Source: a virus
Length of the DNA stretch: 64,000 nt
Virus record (IMG/VR): IMGVR_UViG_3300009503_000020
Location: 32,001 to 96,000 of that record
Reading direction: 5' to 3' (one strand)
Position 1 is the stretch's first letter, and each line of letters starts with the position of its first letter. The translations under genes and the position numbers were made by a program. Below the pieces are notes generated by a model. It was not told the DNA's origin and did not search any database. It saw only the letters and a list, made by a program, of their open reading frames with translations. Shown one piece after another: positions 54,164 through 61,291 of the stretch.

Positions 54164-56373
54164 TATCTTGTCCTCCCTATTTCAGTACCTTGCAACCTGT
54201 TTATTTCTTGAGCTAGCTTAGTGATGTCTGCCTCTTCCCTTATAGTTGCTGTGATATAGAATGTATTGTACACTTCTCTAGTACCTGGAGTGCCTCTAGC
54301 AGGAACTATTTCTTCTCCAGCATGAACTACAGCAAGTCCTGTCTTAGTAACTACTCCACCTTCTTCAAATGTTGGTAAATGTCTAAGTGCTTCAGTTACT
54401 GCACCAGGTCCACCTATAGCTGCAATTACTCCAAGAGGTATTGCTAATGCTCCTAAAGCAAGAGCTAATGCTCCTACTGACAAGGCTAAAGCTCCAAAGC
54501 TAATAGCTGCAAGGCCTGCTGAAACAGCTAGTGCTCCAAGAGCAACACTTGCAGCTAAGAGGCCAGGAGCTGCTGCAACTAAGAACTGAAGAGCTGGCAT
54601 CATGTCGTTTAAACCTTTGGCAACTGTCTGTAGACCTATTCCTGCTACAATTAAAGCAGCTCCGAATGCAGCTACCCCTGCAGCAATAAGGAACATAGCA
54701 ATAGCACCTAATACTGCAAGATCAAAGAGTGAGCCAAGAAGAACAACAATCAAGGCAAAAGCTCCCATTGCCGTTGCCAGACCAAGTAGAGTCTCTGTAA
54801 GTCCTTCCACTCCTCCTGTTACTTGTAGCAAAGGAGGAAGAATTTGAGTTAAGATTATCAAGAATAGAGAAACTACACCCAGTAAAGCAGCAAAGGCTGC
54901 TACACCTAAGAATATATTTTCTGATGTACTTCCTAGAAGTTCTGAAAGAAGAGATAGTCCAGCTAAGAAACCTAAGATAGCTCCAAACAAGGCAGCTACT
55001 GCTGCTACACCTTCCCAAACATTCACTCCTAGACTACCAAATACACTGAATAAGTAAGCTATTGCTGCTACCAGAGCAGCTGTTGCAGCGACTAGTGCTG
55101 CATTTGCTAAAGTCATCTTCCATGAGACTGCACTTACAGCATCACCTGCTTGCACAAAATCAAACAACTTGCCAACTGCTTTAGCTACAAAGGAACCAAC
55201 ATTTGAGAAGATATCAAAGAGTTTTGGTCCAACAAGGAGTACTGCTCCTATAGCTAAAGCTACAGCTATTAGAGTCTTAGCTAATTCAGGATTTGCTTCC
55301 ATCCAATCTACAAAGGACTCAATTACAGGACCTAGTGGTTCAAATAGATCTATAAGCAAGTCTCCTATTGTTTGAAATAGATCTTGCAAGGGTTCAAAGT
55401 TAGCTATTAGAAAAGAAACTACTCCACCTAAGAGGAGTCCACCTAAAGCAAATTTAGCTGCTGCTTTAGTTCCTCCCTTGAGAGTTTCTGTTAAACCTCT
55501 GCCTGTTTTTGCTTCTTTCTTGAACCCTGAAGCTCCTTCGGTAGTACTTACTCCCATATTTTCTAGTTGGTCAGTAACTGTTTCAGTTTGAATCTCATTC
55601 TTTAAAAGAGCACGGTTTGTTCTAGCTATCTCTGCTTCATAGAGCTTAAGTTTTTCTTGATAGTCAGGTAGACCTTGAGCATAAGCTGCCCAGGAAGCTG
55701 CATTCTCTTCTAATGTTTTCTTGTTAGCAAGTAGAGTTGCTTTCTGAGTTTTTAAAGAAGATAATGTTCCTAGCAGCTTGTTCTTGGTGATGTCTGCCTC
55801 TGTTCCAATTCCTTTCACTGAGGCTATATATGCTAACATAGCCTCCTTACCTTCAGTAAACCCTATCACTAAGGCTCTGAGAGAGGCTCCAAGACCTAAG
55901 TGAGCTTTCCCAGCTATCATTAGTGTACCTGAATACAAAGTGAAAGCTCCAACTGCTGTCAAAACTTTAGAAATTAACTTAGTGAAAAGCAGTATACCAA
56001 TTCCTAACAGAACAAGGAATTGCAAGACAGGACTTTGTTCTAGAGCATTTGCAAAGTCTTCTATAAGACCTACTACTTCATCTATAAATGGTGCTAGTAT
56101 ATCACCTATAACTGAACCTACATCTTCTAAAGCCCAGCTGATGTCTTCAAGACCAGCTTCCCAATCTAGTGAACCAGAGAGTGCTCGATTAACTCCAGTT
56201 AAGAAAGGAGTTATAGCTCTATCAATAGTACCTCCTAAACGCATCAAGTCACGGCCAGTAAGTCTCAGACTTAGACCTAACTTCTGTATCATTCTGTCTA
56301 CTTCAGAAATAGGTTCAACAGAGCCTTTGACTGTAAACAGTAGGTCTATTGGGAAGAGAGCAGACACTCTCAT
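54163..56373 (-). CDS. Tail tape measure protein
   Basis: 736 aa Ala/Leu/Gly-rich amphipathic helices; C-terminal F..GGVV...GLAVVHAGE.IVP motif. Confidence 0.9.
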   Translation of the reverse strand: MRVSALFPIDLLFTVKGSVEPISEVDRMIQKLGLSLRLTGRDLMRLGGTIDRAITPFLTGVNRALSGSLDWEAGLEDISWALEDVGSVIGDILAPFIDEVVGLIEDFANALEQSPVLQFLVLLGIGILLFTKLISKVLTAVGAFTLYSGTLMIAGKAHLGLGASLRALVIGFTEGKEAMLAYIASVKGIGTEADITKNKLLGTLSSLKTQKATLLANKKTLEENAASWAAYAQGLPDYQEKLKLYEAEIARTNRALLKNEIQTETVTDQLENMGVSTTEGASGFKKEAKTGRGLTETLKGGTKAAAKFALGGLLLGGVVSFLIANFEPLQDLFQTIGDLLIDLFEPLGPVIESFVDWMEANPELAKTLIAVALAIGAVLLVGPKLFDIFSNVGSFVAKAVGKLFDFVQAGDAVSAVSWKMTLANAALVAATAALVAAIAYLFSVFGSLGVNVWEGVAAVAALFGAILGFLAGLSLLSELLGSTSENIFLGVAAFAALLGVVSLFLIILTQILPPLLQVTGGVEGLTETLLGLATAMGAFALIVVLLGSLFDLAVLGAIAMFLIAAGVAAFGAALIVAGIGLQTVAKGLNDMMPALQFLVAAAPGLLAASVALGALAVSAGLAAISFGALALSVGALALALGALAIPLGVIAAIGGPGAVTEALRHLPTFEEGGVVTKTGLAVVHAGEEIVPARGTPGTREVYNTFYITATIREEADITKLAQEINRLQGTEIGRTR

Positions 56374-56441
56374 CCACCTCTAGTTACTATAATTGAAAGA
56401 CAAAAGAAACAAGGGAATTGGAAGACAGTTTTCATAGTGTG

Positions 56442-56920
56442 TTACCTTTTAGAAGCAGCTCTCCTTTCTCTTTCTTTCTGTTCCTCTAGTTCCCTTACTA
56501 TCCAATTGAATTGTGGTAAGGTTAACTTGCGTACATCATCAAGAGTCCAGTGCATATGATACATCACTTGAAAGACTGTCTTTAAGACTTTGTTCTGAAA
56601 AAATTTTCTAGTTTAGCTAGTGACTCTCTGTCAAGTTCTGAGAACTTAGAGATCTCCCAGACAAGTTGCAAGAGTGTCTTGTGTGACATCTTTCTTATCT
56701 GCTCTACTGTCAACTTAGGACTTACAAGGCATTTGTAGACAAGCCAAATGTTCTGTTCTAGTTGAGAGTCCTTTGCTACTTTAAGGATATCAGCTAGTTC
56801 ACCTACTGTTATCTTTTTGATCTTTACAGACTTACCTTCAATAGTAACTATCTTTTCTCCTTCTGCAGGAGCTAGCAAGTCTGCTACTTCAGCTAATTCT
56901 GTACCTTCAGCTGTCGACAT
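56442..56920 (-). CDS. Tail assembly chaperone long form (GT-like) made by -1 frameshift
   Basis: Slippery A AAT TTT TTC at 56606-56597; the -1 frame gives FQNKVLKTVFQVMYHMHWTLDDVRKLTLPQFNW...KR stop at 56442. Confidence 0.75.
56582..56920 (-). CDS. Tail assembly chaperone short form (G-like)
   Basis: Between the tube and TMP genes; IKKIT.GE..D.L pattern. Confidence 0.8.
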   Translation of the reverse strand: MSTAEGTELAEVADLLAPAEGEKIVTIEGKSVKIKKITVGELADILKVAKDSQLEQNIWLVYKCLVSPKLTVEQIRKMSHKTLLQLVWEISKFSELDRESLAKLENFFRTKS

Positions 56921-56941
56921 ATTTATTCACCTTCCTTTCTT

Positions 56942-56977
56942 GGAAGTCAAACCCTTACTTGGGTATGATATACTTCC
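56942..56977 (-). terminator. Stem-loop after the tail tube gene
   Basis: GGAAGT...ACCC-AAGTAA-GGGT...ACTTCC. Confidence 0.5.
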
Positions 56978-56983
56978 TTATGG

Positions 56984-57361
56984 TTACACTACAGCTATTG
57001 ACTTAGCTCTGAAGTCATAGTCTTCCTTCAAGACACCATCTTGAGGAATGTCCAGTGATCCTGTTTCAAAAGCACAGTCATAGCAATATATTTTCATTGT
57101 GCCTACTTCAAATGCAAGAGTGAAAGTAGTCAGTGAATTTTCTCCTGGAGCAACTAGTTGAAGATAGTTAGTATCTATCCAAGCTTTAGAGAATGAACCT
57201 GTGACCTCTTCATTTCCTGTAGTAAGGTCTACTGGTCTCCTTGAACCTAATTGGTAGAAAGCTTCTAAGTTAGTTGCTATCTCAACTGATGCAGAGTCAG
57301 CATAGCCTATTTGGACATCATTTCTATAGATTTTTGCATTCCAACCTTTATAGACTGTCAT
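56984..57361 (-). CDS. Tail tube protein, copy with its own promoter
   Basis: Tube-like pattern (LT.GNEEVTGSFSKAW), position; paralog of 57406-57780. Confidence 0.8.
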   Translation of the reverse strand: MTVYKGWNAKIYRNDVQIGYADSASVEIATNLEAFYQLGSRRPVDLTTGNEEVTGSFSKAWIDTNYLQLVAPGENSLTTFTLAFEVGTMKIYCYDCAFETGSLDIPQDGVLKEDYDFRAKSIAVV

Positions 57362-57395
57362 TCATGTTTCACCTACCTCTATATCCCTACATGAA

Positions 57396-57410
57396 ATATT
57401 TAAGGTTAGC
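57396..57410 (-). promoter_or_regulatory. Internal late promoter GCTAACCTTAAATAT
   Basis: TATA-like element 35 nt before ATG 57361; SD GGTGA. Confidence 0.55.
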
Positions 57411-57780
57411 TCAGTGAGAAGGAAAGAGCAGAGAAGTCATAATCTTCTGTTAATATTCCATCCTGAGGGATAGTTAAAGTTCCTTTCTTTAGTTTACAGT
57501 TATTGAGGGTAATGTACATTGAGCCTACTTGAACTTTGAGAGAGAACTCCGAAAGAGTTCCTGTGTTATTAAGTAAAGACAAGTAGGTTGTATTGATCCA
57601 AGCTCTTGAAAAACTACCTGTAATATTGACTGGTCCTTCAATAGTTAAAGCAGCTTGTCTATTGCCTGCAGGAAAATAATAGTCAAGAGAATGATCTATG
57701 TCAATTGTTACTTCTTTAACATAGCCTACTACACTTCCATCAATTAACAACTGAGCATTCCAGCCTTTGTATACTGTCAT
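57406..57780 (-). CDS. Tail tube protein paralog
   Basis: Shares MTVYKGWNA, TGSFS.AWI.T.YL and IPQDG.L.EDYDF with 56984-57361. Confidence 0.8.
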   Translation of the reverse strand: MTVYKGWNAQLLIDGSVVGYVKEVTIDIDHSLDYYFPAGNRQAALTIEGPVNITGSFSRAWINTTYLSLLNNTGTLSEFSLKVQVGSMYITLNNCKLKKGTLTIPQDGILTEDYDFSALSFSLS

Positions 57781-58256
57781 TAGCTTACCTCCCTTTCTTG
57801 TGTTACTCGTATAGTTATAGTCTTTCTATGTAGCATATTCTCTTCATCTATAGGACTCGTAGTTATTCCTGTTATCTCTACATCAACTATCTTATTTGAA
57901 CGTAGTGTATCTTTATTATCAGTAAGAGTTTGAAGAACTAGATCTGCATACTTGTCTCTTAGTTTTGTACCTACATAAGTCTCTGAGTTTATTGTTGCTC
58001 TATCATTTACCTTCACCCAGATATCAATATCATATGTTATAGAGTAGAAATGTCCTTTCATTTGGTTACCCCACTCACCTATTCCTACTTCATCTAAGTT
58101 GCCTGATGTTTGTGTAACAGAGATTCTGGGAAATGTTGCATCCATTCTAGGATAATCTGCATATACCCACTCACCTGAAGGATGTGGATTAGGTAAACTA
58201 TTCCTCAAAAGGTCAACTAATATAGTAGTTAACTCAACCAATGACAATTTTACCAC
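57780..58256 (-). CDS. Tail terminator/completion protein
   Basis: FPRISV, YDIDIW pattern; position. Confidence 0.7.
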   Translation of the reverse strand: MVKLSLVELTTILVDLLRNSLPNPHPSGEWVYADYPRMDATFPRISVTQTSGNLDEVGIGEWGNQMKGHFYSITYDIDIWVKVNDRATINSETYVGTKLRDKYADLVLQTLTDNKDTLRSNKIVDVEITGITTSPIDEENMLHRKTITIRVTQEREVS

Positions 58257-58854
58257 CTCTCTCTCTGCTTGCTTTTATTGCATGCTGATGCAAGAGCTTA
58301 AGCAAGACGGGCTTATTCCTTTCAAATACTCTCCAAATAAAAGGATTATAAACACGCCAAGCATCAGGAGGCTGGAATACCCATTTTACTACTACCCAGT
58401 TCTTTGGTCCTCTAGTCCTTATCTTTTCTCTTGACACAGGGCTAGCTTTTCTTGAGTAGATAGTTTTAGAAGAGAGAGGAAAAGCCAATGCTTGCTTTCT
58501 TATAGGTTGAATGAGAAGAGGTTTAGTTCTCCTCGCTCCTGTGCCATGTAAAGCTAAGATTGCAGAATAAGCTCTCCAAGCTGGAGATCCTTGAACGCTT
58601 GCCCCTGGTACTCCTATTGCTTGATAAGATCCTTCTTTTATCCTGTGAGTAACTAGCTTGATGTGACTCCTAACAAATCCTGGGCTTCTTCTTGGATCAG
58701 GAACTTTGTGTACAGGACATTCACTGATGACTTGAGGATACATAAAGCGTTGCCAATCTGAAAATGCTGCATACATCATTCTTCTTGTTTTCTTACTTAA
58801 ATTCCTAGGGTACCTAAGTTCAGTTCTTACAGTCTTGAACTTGAACTCTGGCAT
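58234..58854 (-). CDS. Neck/tail completion protein (HK97 gp10-like)
   Basis: Basic; CPV...G..R.HI, ALHGTG, I.PI.KQALAF, V..P....NPFI.R. Confidence 0.65.
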   Translation of the reverse strand: MPEFKFKTVRTELRYPRNLSKKTRRMMYAAFSDWQRFMYPQVISECPVHKVPDPRRSPGFVRSHIKLVTHRIKEGSYQAIGVPGASVQGSPAWRAYSAILALHGTGARRTKPLLIQPIRKQALAFPLSSKTIYSRKASPVSREKIRTRGPKNWVVVKWVFQPPDAWRVYNPFIWRVFERNKPVLLKLLHQHAIKASRERGGKIVIG

Positions 58855-58855
58855 T

Positions 58856-59233
58856 TTAAATCACTCTCTTGAGTAAAGCTCTCTTATAGAAGATACTGTT
58901 GCCTAGAGAATAGTCTTCTATCTTATCTATTCTCCAAGTCTTGTTATTCCACTTGACTATATCCTCAGGAGCTATCTTGATAGTTTGTCCTTTTACAGTA
59001 TAATCTGGATAGAAGTAACCCCAAGCATCTCCTACTTCAGCTGTCCCTGGAACTAAGAATGCTAAGTCTTCAGATGTTATCTCTTGTATCTCTGCATTTA
59101 TAGTATAAGTATCCACTAAAGTTCCTGCTGACTGTCCATACTCATCACTACCATTAGTATAGGTATACTTTTCAAGAGTAACTGTCTTATTGAATATCTT
59201 GGAAAGTTTCTTTCTAGGAGGAACTTTCAACAT
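58856..59233 (-). CDS. Head closure/stopper protein
   Basis: DEYGQ, IN.AEIQ, D.V.WN.K.WRI; position. Confidence 0.7.
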   Translation of the reverse strand: MLKVPPRKKLSKIFNKTVTLEKYTYTNGSDEYGQSAGTLVDTYTINAEIQEITSEDLAFLVPGTAEVGDAWGYFYPDYTVKGQTIKIAPEDIVKWNNKTWRIDKIEDYSLGNSIFYKRALLKRVI

Positions 59234-59244
59234 GTTAAAGCCTC

Positions 59245-59943
59245 TTATTGAGCTTCAGGGTCTCTTTCATATGTTCCTACTTCTGTATCTTCTTCACTCA
59301 GGACAGTACCAGGACCTCTATAGTGTACTGTACTTCTTGAAGGTACCATTATCTTTCTATAGTTAACTATATCCATAGGAACACTTGTAAGGTGAAATAC
59401 TATCCTCAGGAACTCATTCCGTAATCTATCCCATGGTTGGGTTTGTCTGACTCGTATGTTACCAATCGCTAGTTGGTCTGGAACAAGAAACTCTTCTCTT
59501 GCAACCCAAAGCATGCCAGCATAGTAAGCAGTTGCTAGAGAAACTAAGTTCCAGTCTATAGCACAAGTGTAATAGGAATAAGATACAGTAACTGTCTGGT
59601 AAGAAGAAGCACTTGAGGCTAATTTGATTACTCCATTTTCAGGCCATATAGTTGATACTTGAAGTGTACTTCTTGTTTCCATACTTTCATCATGATAGCC
59701 ATAAACAGTTACATCTGAAGCAGTAATTTGTTTATCAAAGTTAGTATCAGCTAAGTACTTGTGTGAAAGAACAATTGTCTTACCACTTGAATCTAGACTT
59801 ACTACTTCTTCATCCACTGGTATTTGGATATAATGAAGAATAACCTGTTGAGCTTTAGTAATGAACTCTTCTAGAACGTCATCTGGAGCTTCATCAATTG
59901 ACAGTCCTAGAAGATCTCTGACATCTTGCTCAGTTGTATACAC
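59245..59943 (-). CDS. Head-tail adaptor protein
   Basis: Y.T..DVR.LLG, V.V.YSY; follows the MCP gene. Confidence 0.7.
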   Translation of the reverse strand: MYTTEQDVRDLLGLSIDEAPDDVLEEFITKAQQVILHYIQIPVDEEVVSLDSSGKTIVLSHKYLADTNFDKQITASDVTVYGYHDESMETRSTLQVSTIWPENGVIKLASSASSYQTVTVSYSYYTCAIDWNLVSLATAYYAGMLWVAREEFLVPDQLAIGNIRVRQTQPWDRLRNEFLRIVFHLTSVPMDIVNYRKIMVPSRSTVHYRGPGTVLSEEDTEVGTYERDPEAQ

Positions 59944-59977
59944 AAGTCTCCACCTACTTACATTAAGTCAACTTACA

Positions 59978-59987
59978 AATATAAAAC
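59978..59987 (-). promoter_or_regulatory. Putative TATA box of the neck/tail operon
   Basis: GTTTTATATT about 35 nt before GTG 59943. Confidence 0.5.
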
Positions 59988-60000
59988 CTTTCTAACATAC

Positions 60001-60044
60001 AGAAAAAGAAACTCGGGCTTGAGTCCACACAGGGACAGAAGCCC
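60001..60044 (-). terminator. Hairpin plus U-tract after the MCP gene
   Basis: GGGCTT-CT-GTCC-CTGTGT-GGAC-TC-AAGCCC followed by TTTCTTTTTCT. Confidence 0.65.
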
Positions 60045-60070
60045 TAATAATTTTAAACAAACTGGGTAGT

Positions 60071-60934
60071 TTAGCTTATGTTAGTGATCTTGACACATGC
60101 ATTGGAATCTGTCAATTCTACACCATATTCAGTGTAGAAGTACAGCTCTATTGAGTCTGTATCAGGATTGTCCCAACGCTTCATGTCAAGATGTCTCCTA
60201 ATTGCCATCCAAGCTGCTCTATCTGGATCAACTACCAGAGCTACATTGTCCCCATCTGGTATTTGAGTTGTTACAAGAACTTTAAGTCCTGCTATCTTAC
60301 CAATCTCTCCATTCAAGATTGGTTCATTGCTGCCATACTTAGAAGCATCTATGAACATGTCAGTTGTCAAGATACTCTTCAAGTCATTTGGATGGATTAC
60401 TAGGAACTTAGGACTCCAGTTAGCAGCTCTTATCTTTGCAACTGCAGCTGATATTACTTTGTATGCATTAACTGACCAGGTTCCTTCTGCAGTTGCATTA
60501 ACTGTATTTGTGGTTGTAAGTAATTCAGTTATGATGTCTGAGTCTTCCTTAACAGCTAATGCAATACCTGCTTCAGTTATTGCATCTCTTATCAAGTTCA
60601 GTTCACAGCCTTCAATTGCCTCTTGGGTAATCACAGCCCAAGTGCCAACTTTAGTTGGGTGTATTGTGCTTGCAGAGTATGTCAACGTGCCAGCATTAAC
60701 AGAGCCTTTTAAGCTAGTTCCTTCAGAAACAGAACCAGCTGAAAGTGTAGATCTGCGACCTACAACTATCTCTCTGCCTTTAGTCCTTACAAGGTCTTCA
60801 TTTATTCTGACCAAGTTACGACCAAAGCGTCTAGCACGAGCAGCTTCCTCTACCTCATTAAGTATAACTTTTGGTATCAAGTCATATATCTCAGCTTCTT
60901 TGATAGTACCCAGTTCTTCTAGGCTTTTCATTCT
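60071..60934 (-). CDS. Major capsid protein, HK97 fold (start 60934 or 60928)
   Basis: IP......V.E, EG, KVG....IT.EAIE, A.A.KED..I, ..HP.D...L, GEIGKIAGL.V..T, YG. Confidence 0.92.
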   Translation of the reverse strand, partial: RMKSLEELGTIKEAEIYDLIPKVILNEVEEAARARRFGRNLVRINEDLVRTKGREIVVGRRSTLSAGSVSEGTSLKGSVNAGTLTYSASTIHPTKVGTWAVITQEAIEGCELNLIRDAITEAGIALAVKEDSDIITELLTTTNTVNATAEGTWSVNAYKVISAAVAKIRAANWSPKFLVIHPNDLKSILTTDMFIDASKYGSNEPILNGEIGKIAGLKVLVTTQIPDGDNVALVVDPDRAAWMAIRRHLDMKRWDNPDTDSIELYFYTEYGVELTDSNACVKITNIS

Positions 60935-60969
60935 CATGTCACCTTTCAAGGTACAGAAGTACATAGAAC

Positions 60970-60978
60970 ATATTTAAG
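60970..60978 (-). promoter_or_regulatory. Late promoter of the MCP gene, CTTAAATAT
   Basis: About 36-42 nt before the probable start; SD AAGGTGA. Confidence 0.55.
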
Positions 60979-60983
60979 TGTTC

Positions 60984-61247
60984 TTACTCTTCTGTCTCTG
61001 CTTTAGCAGCTGAAGTTGTACGTGGAATTAGATCCTTTAAGATAGCATACCGAACAAGCTCTCCTAGGTGTACTTCTTTAAGTTCCTCTTTTAGAAGTTC
61101 TTTATCCACAGGAGGTTCTTCTTTTGGAGGAGCTTGTTGTTGAGTCTCTCTTTCTAGTTTCATCTTCTCAAGAGCAACTAGAGCTTCAACTGCTTTAGTT
61201 AACTCCTTTACCTTCTCTTCAAGAGACTTATCCTTCTCTTCAGACAT
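60984..61247 (-). CDS. Small coiled-coil protein, possible scaffold
   Basis: Lys/Glu heptads; lies between the protease and MCP genes. Confidence 0.55.
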   Translation of the reverse strand: MSEEKDKSLEEKVKELTKAVEALVALEKMKLERETQQQAPPKEEPPVDKELLKEELKEVHLGELVRYAILKDLIPRTTSAAKAETEE

Positions 61248-61291
61248 TTAAATACCTCTCAGTTGTAAGAATATTTAGAGAAAAGAGGAAT

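Noticed and set aside
56984-58256. Contractile (myovirus) tail
   Set aside because: No sheath-sized gene between the neck and tube genes, and no baseplate wedge genes after the TMP
60935-60964. MCP start at 60964 as given by the ORF track
   Set aside because: That ATG is only 6 nt from the TATA box; the SD AAGGTGA points to 60934 or 60928
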